From Thermoplasmatales archaeon SW_10_69_26 (GTDB lineage Archaea; Thermoplasmatota; SW-10-69-26), in the NCBI GenBank assembly GCA_003009755.1, contig PXUB01000034.1:1-47530 (forward strand): 47,530 bases of DNA, read 5' to 3'. Below are positions 20,761-31,428 of this stretch, in pieces. A model generated the notes under the pieces. The model worked only from the letters and a program-made list of their open reading frames with translations. It was not told the origin of the DNA and searched no databases. The position numbers and the translations under genes were made by a program. How positions within the stretch are numbered: position 1 is the stretch's first letter; each line of letters starts with the position of its first letter.

Positions 20761-22377
20761 ATGGGCGCGAAACCGTGGTTCACTCTTCTGCTCTGCGGAG
20801 TGTTGTTATCCAGCGGGTCGGTCTCTCTGCTTGGAACCCAAGCACCTCAGGAGCCACACGCCGAGTTGTCGAACTCCCACGCTGGCCAGGCAGGGGAGGG
20901 GGATGTGGAACCGGGCTCTGCGTACGCGGCCCAGCCTTCACCCTGCGAGGCGCGGGCCAAGCCGCCGGCTGGGCTCGGCGGCTGTCACGCCTGGCGGGCC
21001 TACGTGGACGGTCCGGCCAGCAGCCACGACGACCCGATCACGATCACCTACGACGGGGATCACGATCTCGTGATCGCCGTGGGGTCCACCCGGCCGCCTG
21101 ACGGTGGGCGCGAGCGGGTGGTGGGGGCCGATGATACGGAGGATGCGACGGCGGTGGCCTTCGATGCGGCGACCGGCGAAGAGGTCTGGCGTCACAAGCT
21201 GGACACGGCCGGCGAGCACGACGTGTTCGCCGACGTGGAGGCGGCCGCCGATACCGGGCCGGTCTATGTGACGGGGGCCACGACCGACGCCACCGGCACC
21301 CAGCACGGTCTCGTCCGCGCTCTCGACCCTGCCAGCGGTGAGCCTGTGTGGACGGACACCTTCGTCTCCCCCCACAGCGACAGCGACGGGTTCTTCGGGC
21401 TCGAAGACACCTACGCTTTCCGCACAGCGGTGACCTCGCAAGGGGAGCTTCTCGTCTCGGGGACCTACACCTCGGCCGACGGTGACAGTGATACGCACTT
21501 CCGGAGCTACGATCCGGCCAGCGGGGCGCTAGCGTGGAACCTCACCTATGAAGGTCATTCGAGTGAGAACGAGTACATCGAATGGCTCGACGTCGACGAC
21601 GGGGCCACCCGCGCCTGGGCTGGAGGACTGGATCGCCGCGGGCGGACCCTCCTCATGGATCTCGATCTCGAGAACCGGGAGGTCGACTGGTACCGTGCGA
21701 AGGGCAGCTACTACGGTGACCGGGGCTTTGCCCACTCCGAGACGCGCGAGGAGATGTACAGCCTCACGACGACGCGCGGGGACAAGGATTACCGGCTGAC
21801 GACGTACGAGGTCGCCACGGGGGACGGGTTGGGCTCGCTGACCACGGGTGTCCCCGAGGACGAACCCAATCGCGCGAGTGATCTGGCCTTCGCCGAAGAG
21901 GAAGGCCTCCTGATCGGGACAGGGAGGACCTTGCCTCCGGAGACCGCAGAGAGCGCCTGGACCGGCACGGTCGGCATCGACGCGGACACGGACGAGGTCG
22001 TTTGGCGAAACCGGGGAGAGGACAGCGCCACCGCTGCCTCCTTCCCCCGCGAGTTGGCCATAGCGCCTGGGGAGTCGTGTGCCGTCGTGGTCGGCAACGG
22101 TCAGAACCCTGTCTACCCCCGGATGCTTTCCATCACTTCGCTCGACATAGGCACGGGGGAACCGATCTTCGAGGCCGGGTACTCCGAGAACCCGTACTAT
22201 CCGCCGTTCGCCGTCGACACAGCCTTCGCCAGCGACGGAGATGCCATCTTCGTGCTCGCCTCCCAGTACCAGCTGACCGCCGATCTCCGGTTGGACAGCC
22301 CGAACAAGTTCACGCAGACGGATTGGCTGGTGCTCGGCTTCGACGATCCCTGTCGATCGCGGGGTCCGGTGGGGTGA
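20761..22377 (+). CDS. Secreted PQQ-like beta-propeller repeat protein
   Basis: Signal peptide. Blades include AFDAATGEEVW, ALDPASGEPVW, SYDPASGALAW and GIDADTDEVVW. Confidence 0.82.
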   Translation: MGAKPWFTLLLCGVLLSSGSVSLLGTQAPQEPHAELSNSHAGQAGEGDVEPGSAYAAQPSPCEARAKPPAGLGGCHAWRAYVDGPASSHDDPITITYDGDHDLVIAVGSTRPPDGGRERVVGADDTEDATAVAFDAATGEEVWRHKLDTAGEHDVFADVEAAADTGPVYVTGATTDATGTQHGLVRALDPASGEPVWTDTFVSPHSDSDGFFGLEDTYAFRTAVTSQGELLVSGTYTSADGDSDTHFRSYDPASGALAWNLTYEGHSSENEYIEWLDVDDGATRAWAGGLDRRGRTLLMDLDLENREVDWYRAKGSYYGDRGFAHSETREEMYSLTTTRGDKDYRLTTYEVATGDGLGSLTTGVPEDEPNRASDLAFAEEEGLLIGTGRTLPPETAESAWTGTVGIDADTDEVVWRNRGEDSATAASFPRELAIAPGESCAVVVGNGQNPVYPRMLSITSLDIGTGEPIFEAGYSENPYYPPFAVDTAFASDGDAIFVLASQYQLTADLRLDSPNKFTQTDWLVLGFDDPCRSRGPVG

Positions 22378-22550
22378 GGGTAGCCCCGCCGGTGGGGAAC
22401 GCCAGCACCAGCGACAGCGCGACCGGGATCGTCATCGTCCGCGACGTGGGATCTCGGAGCGACGAACTCGCTGGCAAAGGCAAACGGTGTGGCCCCTGCT
22501 GGTCAGCGCCGACGGGGACGGAAGGGGCCAAAAGACCCCTGGCTTCCCCC

Positions 22551-24335
22551 TCACCGCCAGGGCAGCCCGGTCTGGTGGTCGTGGGTGTCCTCGTAGGTCA
22601 GCGCGCTCCCGTCGTCGCCGCCCCAGTGGACCTCGATCGGCCCGGAGGGGCGCGGCAGCGGGCTGTCCTGTTCGAGCACGAGCTCGAGCTGGTGGCCCTC
22701 CTCGACCACCGTGTCGAGCGGGAACAGCTGCATCTCGACGTCCAGCTGCTCGCCGGGCGTGACCGGCTGGGGGTCGTCGCCGCCGGCGGCGTAGCGCAGG
22801 TTCATGTAGCCGTGGCCGATGCGCTTGCGCTCGCCGTCCTCGTCCACGTCGTAGAGGGAGGCCTCGAGGTTGCCGTCCGGCGAGGTGGGGGTGGCGGTGA
22901 AGTGGAACCGCGGCTCGCCGACGATGCGCTTGTCGGCGTCGAGGGGCTGGCTCGTCCACGTGAGCTGGCTGGTCGGCTCGGCGGGCGCCGTCGTCCCGGC
23001 CGGGGTGAACAGCGTGGCCGAGCCGTCCTCGGTCGTGTTCGTGGACAGCGAGCCGTCGCCGAGGTACAGGCTGTGGGTCTCGGCGTCCCTCGGCGGCCAG
23101 TCCTCGCTGGCGTGCCAGCCGCCCTCGTCGTCCTGGCTCCACACCGTCGGGCCGGTGTCGACGTCTTGGCCCTTGAGTTCGCTGTCGAACCAGCGCTTGA
23201 GGGTCTCCGCGAAGTCCCAGCGCACCGCATCGGGGTGCGGGCAGGCCCCGCAGTTCTCGACCTGGTCGGGGCGGTCGGGGTAGATGTGGCTCCACTGGCC
23301 GAACCACAGCTTGCGCTCGCCGTCGAGCTGCTCGAGATCGTCCCAGACGTGCGTGACCATGTCCGGGTGCACGTTCCAGTCCTGCAGGCCGTGCACGACG
23401 AACACGGAGCCGTCGTAGTTCTCGAGGACCTCGGGCTTGAACGAGCGCTCCTCCCAGTACCCGGTCGGGTCCTGGCCGCCGGTCGCGGTGCCGGAGGCGC
23501 CGTTGGCCAGGTGCTCCCCGACAGCCGGGCAGGCGCGCTCGGCCCAGACGGGGTCCGGGCGCTCGAGCCAGTTCGCGCCGTCGTAGTACAGCGGGCCGAG
23601 CATGCCGCCCTTGGCGACGCCGAAGGACCAGTAGGCGAAGTTCAGCCAGCCGGCGCGCGTCTCGGCGGTTCCGTTCATGAAGTGCAGCTCCTGGAAGGAC
23701 GGGATCCCGGCCAGGGGAACGATCGTCTTCAGGTTCTCGTTGCCCTGCGCGGCGGCCTCCCACGGCGTCGAGCCGTCGTAGGATTTCCCGATGAGGCCGA
23801 CGTCGCCGGTCGAGACGTCCAGCTCGGCGAGGAACGTGACGGCGTCGTCGACGGCGACCTGCTCGCGGGGCCCGAAGTAGTCCTCGCAGCCTCCGCTGTC
23901 GCCGGTGCCGGGCACGCTGACCATGGCGACGGCGTAGCCGTGGGGCACCAGGTTCTCGATGAGGAAGTTGTCCAGGCGGGCGTCGTCGGGGTTGTCGACG
24001 TCGCCCTCGAGCTCGCCGTAGTAGGGGCCGATGTCGGCCACGACGGGCACCTGCTCGTCGGGGCCCAGGTCGGCCGGTTTCACGATCCCGATCGAGACGT
24101 CGTCGCCGGCCGAGCTGGTGACCATCACCTGCTCGGGCTCACCGATCTCGTAGGTCCCGTCGTCCACCGTGGACGACCACTGGCCGCTCGTGTTCAACTC
24201 CGCGTCCGCCGGGTACTGGCTGGCCTTGCTGTTGGCTTCGCCGAGATCGTCGCCGACCTCCTCGGATCCGATCCCGATGCATCCGGCGAGGGCGATCAAG
24301 GCGCCGACCGCGAGCACGGCGACCGTCCGTCGCAT
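22551..24335 (-). CDS. CocE/NonD family hydrolase (S15 X-Pro dipeptidyl-peptidase-like) lipoprotein
   Basis: Lipobox LAGC, nucleophile GKSYDG, HGLQDWNV and GQWSH, plus a C-terminal jelly-roll. TATA ttaa about 26 bp upstream of ATG 24335. Confidence 0.92.
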   Translation of the reverse strand: MRRTVAVLAVGALIALAGCIGIGSEEVGDDLGEANSKASQYPADAELNTSGQWSSTVDDGTYEIGEPEQVMVTSSAGDDVSIGIVKPADLGPDEQVPVVADIGPYYGELEGDVDNPDDARLDNFLIENLVPHGYAVAMVSVPGTGDSGGCEDYFGPREQVAVDDAVTFLAELDVSTGDVGLIGKSYDGSTPWEAAAQGNENLKTIVPLAGIPSFQELHFMNGTAETRAGWLNFAYWSFGVAKGGMLGPLYYDGANWLERPDPVWAERACPAVGEHLANGASGTATGGQDPTGYWEERSFKPEVLENYDGSVFVVHGLQDWNVHPDMVTHVWDDLEQLDGERKLWFGQWSHIYPDRPDQVENCGACPHPDAVRWDFAETLKRWFDSELKGQDVDTGPTVWSQDDEGGWHASEDWPPRDAETHSLYLGDGSLSTNTTEDGSATLFTPAGTTAPAEPTSQLTWTSQPLDADKRIVGEPRFHFTATPTSPDGNLEASLYDVDEDGERKRIGHGYMNLRYAAGGDDPQPVTPGEQLDVEMQLFPLDTVVEEGHQLELVLEQDSPLPRPSGPIEVHWGGDDGSALTYEDTHDHQTGLPWR

Positions 24336-24466
24336 CGGACCCACCGAGGCCGCGGGAGGTTAAGGGGTTTGTGGGGAACCCGTTCACCGGGCCAACTCCC
24401 CGACTGGTCGTGGGGGTCGGGGACACGCAAGCGTTTATCCGCCGCCTGGGCGCTGTCGACCCGAGG

Positions 24467-25339
24467 ATGGTCAACGCTGGGGTGGCCCTGGCCCTCGTGC
24501 TGGCGCTCGTGGTACCCGTCGGCACGGCCCAGGCCGCACCGACGCAGGACACCCCGCTCGACTGGACCGAGGGTAGCTTCGAGGTCGGCCTGAAGGGAGC
24601 CGGCAAGGCCCTGATCCCCGAGGCCGTGGACGCCCCCGATCACGAGCGGCTGTCCGTCCCGGTCGATCCATGCCATCGCGAGCTGAGCCTGGGCCTCACC
24701 TACGAGCCCAGGAACGCCTCGGCCCGCGTGGCCGAGGAGGGCTACGCCGCCGAGGCCACGCTGCCCTACCGGTTCCAGGCCGGCCTGATCGCGCCCAACG
24801 GCACGGTGCTCCACCGGATCGTCGTCGACGAGCCGGACCCCTCGATCGCCTTCGGCACCGTCGAGGAGCCGGGCGAGCACACGCTCGAGCTCGAGCTGCT
24901 CGAAGGCGCCACGGTCGACTGGCGGGTGCGGATCCGCGGCTTCGCGGCGGCCGACGAGCCGACCTGCGATCTCTGGCTGAACGAGGTCGAAACGAACCCA
25001 GCCGCCGGCGGGGACTGGGTCGAGCTGTACAACGAGGGCTCGACGCCCGTCGACGTCTCCGGCTGGAGCCTGCAAGCCGAGGAGGGCTCGGCGGACCGGA
25101 CGTTGGCCGAGGGCACGGTGCTGGCGGCCGGCGAGCGCCGCCCGATCGATCTCGGCCCCACCACGCTGTCCCCCGCGGACGAGACGGTCACCTGGCTGGG
25201 ACCCCGAGGCTCGGTCTTCGAGACCACGCCGAGCCTCACCGACGCGGACGCCGACGATCGGACGTGGCAGAAGGCCGGTGACGGGCTCGGCGACTGGATC
25301 TTCGCGGACGGGACACCCGGCCAACCCAACGCCGGCTAG
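24467..25339 (+). CDS. Lamin tail domain-containing secreted protein
   Basis: Signal peptide. LWLNEVETNP..DWVELYNEGSTPVDVSGWSL ... TPGQPN is the LTD signature. Confidence 0.88.
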   Translation: MVNAGVALALVLALVVPVGTAQAAPTQDTPLDWTEGSFEVGLKGAGKALIPEAVDAPDHERLSVPVDPCHRELSLGLTYEPRNASARVAEEGYAAEATLPYRFQAGLIAPNGTVLHRIVVDEPDPSIAFGTVEEPGEHTLELELLEGATVDWRVRIRGFAAADEPTCDLWLNEVETNPAAGGDWVELYNEGSTPVDVSGWSLQAEEGSADRTLAEGTVLAAGERRPIDLGPTTLSPADETVTWLGPRGSVFETTPSLTDADADDRTWQKAGDGLGDWIFADGTPGQPNAG

Positions 25340-25830
25340 GCGGTCCCCGTCAGCGGCCGCTCTCGCGGAGGTGCCGTTCCCGTCCTCGGCGTGGTCGTTC
25401 CCCAGCGCTGGCTCGAGGTCCCCCGGCGCCAGCCGCCGCACGCCGGTCGTGACCGGTCCCCGAGCCCGTGTGACCAGCGCGCGGTGGCCTCGCCGTCGGT
25501 CCACCTCGCTTGGGTCGTCTTCCGGCACAGGCCGGCGGCGTTGCACGTCTCGATCCCGGCCACGGCGCCCGCGACGGGCTCCTCGTCCTCGTCGTGGACC
25601 GGCACTCGCGGTCACCTCGACCCCGTCGCTGCCGTGCTCGATCGGGTGGACGTGCATCGTCGGCTCGGTCAAGCCCACCGTCGCGCTCGTGGTGCCTGGC
25701 CTCCGTCGTCCGTGAGGGTCACCCGAGGATATACGCACCGCCGGCGTCGTCGGTGGGCTCGACGAGGTGACCGCTGGCCCCGTCGCCATCCCCCAGCGAC
25801 CAGGCGCAGGCCTCGATCGAGCCGTCCTCG
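25336..25830 (-). pseudogene. Decayed PKD plus 'MHV' beta-sandwich domains (relic resembling the subtilase tail)
   Basis: Fragments across several frames: WSLGDGDGASG.., VTLTDDGG, TTSATV..TMHVHPI and VPVHDEDEEPVAGA. Collinear with the C-terminus of 25900..27711. Confidence 0.55.
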
Positions 25831-25899
25831 TCGCCGCTGAAGGGAGGAAGATAAGAAGAGGAGAGGAGGGGACCGGCCCCTCTAGAACCGACGGACCCG

Positions 25900-27711
25900 C
25901 TACTTGGAGACCGTGATCGTGGTCCCGTCGCTGTCCCCGTCGGGGTCGTGGTTGTCCGAGGAGCTGTACGTCAGGTCGGCGTGGCTGACGTCCGTCACCG
26001 TGAAGTCGACCGGGCTCTCGCGGTTCCGGAAGCTCTCGGACACCGAGCACCACCCGTCGCTGGCGGTCGTGCACGAGGCCGTGCCGGTGGCACCCTTGTC
26101 GGTGGTGTAGTCGAAGGTGACGGTCGCGTCGCTGACAGCCGTGTGGTTGCTGTCGTGGATCAGGACGTCGACGACCGCGGTCCAGGAGCCGCCCTGGCCC
26201 CCGGAGCTGGCGTCGTCGAGGTCACCGACGTGCATCCCGCTGGCGCCGCTGTCGCTGCTGGAGACGCTGACGGTCTGCGTCTGGCTGTCGGTGGCGCCGT
26301 CGTCGTCGGTCACAGTCAGCGTGACGTCGTAGTCGCCGCCGCTGTCGTACGTGTGCGAGGTCGTCTCGCCCGTCCCCGTCGTGCCGTCGCCGAACTCCCA
26401 GTCGTAGCTGGTGATGTTGCCGTCGTCGTCCGACGAGCTGGACCCGTCGAAGTCGCACGTCAGGTCGGTGCACGTGTACGTGAAGTCGGCCGTCGGGCCG
26501 CTGTTCGAGCCGCCGCCTCCACCGCCACCGACGAGCGCGCCGGTGTTCAGCCGGCCGTCACCTTGGCGCTCGGCGATCAGGCCGAGATCGTCGGCGCTGG
26601 AGCCGAGCTCGGACTCCATCGTGGAGTGGCTGACGTCGCCGTTGGCGTCGATGTAGAGCCCGACCGCGCCGGCCACGTGCGGGGTGCTCATCGACGTGCC
26701 GGAGAGCTCGTGGTAGCCGGACGTCGTGCCGCCGTCGACGCTGAGGACGTTGTTCCCCGGACCGATGATGTCGGCCTCGGGGCCCTGGCTGCTGAACGAG
26801 CAGAAGTCGTCGTTGCTGTCCGAGCACGTGACGATGACGACCTTGGCCGGTCGCGAGGCCCACGGATCGGAGACGCAGTTGGTGCACGAGCCGTCGTTGC
26901 CGGCGGCGGCGACGTGGATGACGCCCTTGTCGTTGGCGTAGTCGATCGCGTCGAGCAGCGCCTGGTCGTCGCCGCCCCAGGAGTTGCTGGAGATGTGGGC
27001 ACCCTTGTCACCCAGGTCGGCCAACGCATCCGCGATACTGTTCGTGCCGGCGGAGCCGCAGCCGAAGAACCCGCTGTCGAAGATCTTGTGCATGATGATG
27101 CTGGACTCGCTCATGCCGGCGATCCCGACACCGTTGTTCGTCGTCGCAGCGGCGGTCCCGGCCGTGTGCGAGCCGTGGTAGTCGCACCCGCTGTGATCCT
27201 CGGGCGTGCCGTCGCTGTGGTAGTAGTCGTACCCGCTGACGCGGCTGTTAACGAAGTCCTCGTGGTCGACCGTGATCCCGCTGTCCAGCAGGCCCAGCTG
27301 GACGCTGGTGGATCCGAACGTGGTGTCCCAGGCGGACTCGGTGTTCGTGATCTGGGGGCCGTACTGGTTGCTGTACTGCCCGTCGTCCGGGGTCGCAGCG
27401 AGCTCGTAGTCGTACCGGTTCTCGTGCATGTAGCGCACGTCGTCGTCCGTCTTGACCTTGATCTCGAACGTCGAGGGGTTGTCCGGCGCGACGACGAAGA
27501 ACGTCAGCCGTTCGCTGACGTCGATGACCGGTTCACCCTGGTAGGTCTCCCGGTCCTCGGGGAGCTGATCGTGGAAGCCGACGACGTACTCCTTGTCGTC
27601 GTCGGCGTCCGTCTCCATCGGTGTCGCGTCCGTTGCCCCGACAGCCGCCATCGGCAGTCCGACGGCAAACATCGACAAAGCTACCGCTATGACAAGTGGC
27701 TTGTTTCGCAT
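25900..27711 (-). CDS. Secreted S8 subtilase with PKD and C-terminal beta-sandwich domain
   Basis: Triad LLDSG / YHGSHTAG / [12 protein letters not shown] and oxyanion AAAGN. PKD motif [16 protein letters not shown]. Confidence 0.95.
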   Translation of the reverse strand: MRNKPLVIAVALSMFAVGLPMAAVGATDATPMETDADDDKEYVVGFHDQLPEDRETYQGEPVIDVSERLTFFVVAPDNPSTFEIKVKTDDDVRYMHENRYDYELAATPDDGQYSNQYGPQITNTESAWDTTFGSTSVQLGLLDSGITVDHEDFVNSRVSGYDYYHSDGTPEDHSGCDYHGSHTAGTAAATTNNGVGIAGMSESSIIMHKIFDSGFFGCGSAGTNSIADALADLGDKGAHISSNSWGGDDQALLDAIDYANDKGVIHVAAAGNDGSCTNCVSDPWASRPAKVVIVTCSDSNDDFCSFSSQGPEADIIGPGNNVLSVDGGTTSGYHELSGTSMSTPHVAGAVGLYIDANGDVSHSTMESELGSSADDLGLIAERQGDGRLNTGALVGGGGGGGSNSGPTADFTYTCTDLTCDFDGSSSSDDDGNITSYDWEFGDGTTGTGETTSHTYDSGGDYDVTLTVTDDDGATDSQTQTVSVSSSDSGASGMHVGDLDDASSGGQGGSWTAVVDVLIHDSNHTAVSDATVTFDYTTDKGATGTASCTTASDGWCSVSESFRNRESPVDFTVTDVSHADLTYSSSDNHDPDGDSDGTTITVSK

Positions 27712-27973
27712 GGTGTCGTCTCCCTACCGTTCCTGCCGTCGCCTCCGTCGTCACTCCCGTGAGGCGACGGCCGACCACCCAAGCCAGGGAGTATCAATGG
27801 TAGGCTTCCCCGTGGTTCGGTATGACGCTTGACGGTACGTGGCGAGCTGGGCAAGGACACCAGCTGGCAGCTCTGGAAAACGGAGGAAAAGAGGGGAAGG
27901 CAGCCGCTCGCGCGGCCGCTAGGAGCGGGCCAGCTTGCCCGGACCCGCCCACCTCGGATCGGGGTTCGGGCCG

Positions 27974-29935
27974 CTATTCGCCCACGACCTCCACGTTGTC
28001 GACGTACCAGCCGGGGTAGTCGTTGTAGGCGTCGTCGATCGAGTCGAAGTAGTAGCGCAGCTGCAGGTCGCTGCTCGCCGAGCCGGAGATGTCGAAGCTG
28101 ACCTCGGTGTAGTCGCCGTTCGTGTGGTCACGGGAGTCCCACTGGGCGATCGTGCTCCAGCTCGAGCCGCCGTCGCTGCTGACCTGGACGCGCATCGTGT
28201 CGTACTCGGCGTCGTAGTTCTCCACCTCGAAGAAGTGGGCGAACTGCAACGTCACCGTCGAGTACCCGCTGGCGTCGATCGTCGGCGACTGAGCCCAGCC
28301 CTCGGCGGTGCCGGCGTCGTAATCGCAGTCGGGCGAGGCTCGGCTGAAGGCGAGCTGGTACTCGGGCGAGAACGGGCTCACGCAGTCCGAGGAGACCCGC
28401 CACAGGTCGTTGCTCATGCTGGACTTCGTCCAGCCGTCGGCCGAGCCGTCGTCGAAGTCCTCGGAGTAGACGGTGGTCGACCCGCTCGAGGACGAGACCG
28501 TCACGTCCTGGCTCGCCGAGTCCGTGGCGCCGTCGTCGTCGGTGACGGTGAGCGTCACGGTGTAGGTCCCGTCGCTATCGTAGGTGTGCGAGGTGGTCTC
28601 GCCCGTGCCCGCCGTGCCGTCGCCGAACTCCCAGTCGTAGCTGGCGATCGACCCGTCGTCGTCCGACGAGCTGGACCCGTCGAAGGTGCAATCGAGGTCG
28701 GTGCAGCTCGAGGTGAAGTCGGCCGTCGGCGGGCTGTTCGAGCCGCCGCTGGATCCGACGAGCACGCCGGTGTTCAGCCGACCGTCGCCCTGGCGGTTGG
28801 CGGACAGGCCGACGTCGTCGGCGCTCGTGGCCAGCTCGTCCTCCATGGTGGCGTGCGTGACGTCGCCGTTGGCGTCGATGTAGAGACCGACGGCGCCGCT
28901 GACGTGCGGGGTGCTCATCGAGGTGCCCGACTTCTCGGTGTAGCTGCTCGTCGAGCCACCGTCGACGCTGAGCACGTTGTTCCCCGGCCCCGCCAGATCG
29001 ACCTCGGGGCCCTGGCTGGAGAACGAGCAGAAGCCGTCGTTCTCGTCCGTGCAGGACACGATCACCGTCTTCGCCGGCCGCGAGGCCCACGGATCGCTCA
29101 CGCAGTCGGTGCAGGACCCGTCGTTGCCGGCCGCGGCGACGTGGATGACGCCCTTGTCGTTGGCGTAGTCGATCGCGTCGAGCAGCGCCTGATCGCTGCC
29201 GCCGCCCCACGAGTTGCTGGAGATGTGGGCACCCTTGTCGCCCAGGTCCTTGAGCGCCTGCGCGATGTCGCTGGTGCCGGCGGATCCGCAGCCGAAGTAC
29301 CCGCTGTCGAAGATCTTGTGCATGATGATGCTGGACTCGCTCATGCCGGCGATCCCGACACCGTTGTCCGTCGTGGCGGCCGCGGTCCCCGCCACGTGGC
29401 TCCCGTGGTAGCCGCAGGAGCTGGTGTCCTCGGGCGTGCCGTCGCTGTGGTAGTAGTCGTACCCGCTGACGCGATCGGCGGCGAAGTCCTCGTGGCCGTC
29501 CGCGATCCCGCTGTCGAGCACGCCCAGCTTCACAGCCGTGCTGCCGAGCGTGGTGTCCCAGGCGGACTCCGTGTTCGAGATCTGGGGACCGTACTGGTTG
29601 CTGTACTGCCCGTCGTCCGGGGTGTAGTGCAGCTCGTAGTCCCGGTGGTTCTCGTGCATGTAGCGTACGTCGTCGTCGGTCTTCACCTTCACCTCGAAGG
29701 TCGCCGGGTTGTCCGGGGCGACGACGAAGTACTCGAGATCGGCGTCGTGGAAGACGACCTCCTCGCCTTGGTACTCGTCGGTGTCCCGCGGCATCTGGTA
29801 GAACCCGACGACGTACTCATCGTCGTCGTCCTGGCCAGGCGTCAGGATGGGAACGTCGGCCGCTCCCGCCGCCGCCGTCGGCAGCCCGACGGCGAGCATC
29901 GACATGGCAATAGCTATCGCAAGCTGTTGGCGCAT
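27974..29935 (-). CDS. Secreted S8 subtilase with PKD and C-terminal jelly-roll (MAM/immune-inhibitor-A-like) domain
   Basis: Triad VLDSG / YHGSHVAG / [12 protein letters not shown] and a PKD domain. Tail [32 protein letters not shown] at 29935. Confidence 0.95.
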   Translation of the reverse strand: MRQQLAIAIAMSMLAVGLPTAAAGAADVPILTPGQDDDDEYVVGFYQMPRDTDEYQGEEVVFHDADLEYFVVAPDNPATFEVKVKTDDDVRYMHENHRDYELHYTPDDGQYSNQYGPQISNTESAWDTTLGSTAVKLGVLDSGIADGHEDFAADRVSGYDYYHSDGTPEDTSSCGYHGSHVAGTAAATTDNGVGIAGMSESSIIMHKIFDSGYFGCGSAGTSDIAQALKDLGDKGAHISSNSWGGGSDQALLDAIDYANDKGVIHVAAAGNDGSCTDCVSDPWASRPAKTVIVSCTDENDGFCSFSSQGPEVDLAGPGNNVLSVDGGSTSSYTEKSGTSMSTPHVSGAVGLYIDANGDVTHATMEDELATSADDVGLSANRQGDGRLNTGVLVGSSGGSNSPPTADFTSSCTDLDCTFDGSSSSDDDGSIASYDWEFGDGTAGTGETTSHTYDSDGTYTVTLTVTDDDGATDSASQDVTVSSSSGSTTVYSEDFDDGSADGWTKSSMSNDLWRVSSDCVSPFSPEYQLAFSRASPDCDYDAGTAEGWAQSPTIDASGYSTVTLQFAHFFEVENYDAEYDTMRVQVSSDGGSSWSTIAQWDSRDHTNGDYTEVSFDISGSASSDLQLRYYFDSIDDAYNDYPGWYVDNVEVVGE

Positions 29936-30194
29936 GATCGGATCGACTCTCCTGCCGTTGGGGGCCAAGCCCCCGTGAACCCCCCAATAGGGCCGGCGCC
30001 ACGGCGAACCATGGGTCCACGCATCAATGTTGGGGATCGACAGGCAAGGTTGCACGGGTCGCCGATCCGATCAGCGAGCGACGCTGACACCGTATGCCAA
30101 CCCAAGCGATCGGCGATGCCAGACAGCTGGTCGGGGCGGACCCGGGGTCGGTCGCGCGTGCGAGACCCGTCGGCCGCCCGCGGGCAAGCGCCCG

Positions 30195-31301
30195 TCACCG
30201 CCGCCGGCGGATCGCCACCCACAGCCCGGTCGCCAGCGCGATCGAGGCGAGGCCCAGCGGCCCGGGCGAGGCGTTGGCGGTCTGCGACTCGGCGTGGAAC
30301 GTCCACCGGGCGATCCCGGTGCCGCCGGCCGTGTTCGGCACCTCGATGCTGACCGAGTACTTGCGCGGATCGAGCGTGCCCTCGGGTCGATAGGTGATCG
30401 TCCCGTCCCCCACCTCGAAATTCGAGCGATCGACGCGCTCCTTGTCGAAGAACAGGCGCACGTCCTCCTCGACGATCGGCCAGCCCCGCTCGTCGTAGGA
30501 GGCCTCGATCAGGACGCTGTTGGCGGGCACCGTCCCGTTCGGCGCCGGCGTCACGGCTTCGACGAGCGGCTCGGGCGGCTCGGTGCTCTCCGCGGTCGTG
30601 ACCGTGATCGTCTCGCTCGTCGCGTTGTTGCCCGACCAGTCGGCGGCGTCGACGACCACCTCGTAGGTCGTGTTCGCATCCAGGCCCTGCACCGGGAACT
30701 GCTGCCAGGGGCCCGGACGGGCGGGGTAGGTCTGGATGATCTCGCCCTCCGTCGAGCGGACGAACAGCTCGGTGCGAGCGATCTCGCTCGTGTTCGTCGT
30801 CACGTCGAAGCCGATGTCGGTGCGGTTGCCGACGCTGACGATCTCGATCGTCGGCGAGGTCAGGTCGCGGGTGAGCGTGAGCTCGGCCTCGCGGCTCCCG
30901 TCCTCGCCGGTCCCGTTCAGGCCGAGGTCGTAGCGCCACCCGTCGTCGGTCTCGTTCAAGCTGAACACGTCGGCCGCGCGATCGACGTCGGTGACGCTGG
31001 GGGTCTGGATGAAGTGGTCACCGTCGACCAGGGGCACCAGCTGGCGGCCCTCCTCGATCGGGAAGCCGCGATCGATCTCCACGTGGGCGACGTGGTATTC
31101 CTCGGTCAGGTTCAGGGCCCAGGCGTACCGATCGGGCGCGTCCTGGTCCTCGCCGGTCACCAACCCGTCGGGGTCGGTGACCGACGTGTTGCCATCCTCG
31201 GCGATCGCGATCGTCACGTCCCCCTCGCTCGCCGCCGCCGTCCCCAGCCCCGCCAGGCCGAACACGACGACGGCGAGCACGACTCCCCATGCTCCTCGCA
31301 T
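30195..31301 (-). CDS. Fibronectin type III/Ig domain surface protein with C-terminal anchor
   Basis: Signal peptide, FN3 motif GLDANTTYEVVVDAADWSGN and tail SPGPLG-TM-RRRR. Confidence 0.82.
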   Translation of the reverse strand: MRGAWGVVLAVVVFGLAGLGTAAASEGDVTIAIAEDGNTSVTDPDGLVTGEDQDAPDRYAWALNLTEEYHVAHVEIDRGFPIEEGRQLVPLVDGDHFIQTPSVTDVDRAADVFSLNETDDGWRYDLGLNGTGEDGSREAELTLTRDLTSPTIEIVSVGNRTDIGFDVTTNTSEIARTELFVRSTEGEIIQTYPARPGPWQQFPVQGLDANTTYEVVVDAADWSGNNATSETITVTTAESTEPPEPLVEAVTPAPNGTVPANSVLIEASYDERGWPIVEEDVRLFFDKERVDRSNFEVGDGTITYRPEGTLDPRKYSVSIEVPNTAGGTGIARWTFHAESQTANASPGPLGLASIALATGLWVAIRRRR

Positions 31302-31428
31302 GCAGGGCCGAGCCGTGTCCGCCTCGAAAACCCTTCCCCGGCGCAGCCTCGCCTGGGGCCTGACCGCTGTCTGTAGTCCCGCGGTGGACAGGGCTATAAG
31401 CTGGCGGGCCACTCGGGGAGCCCGAGCG

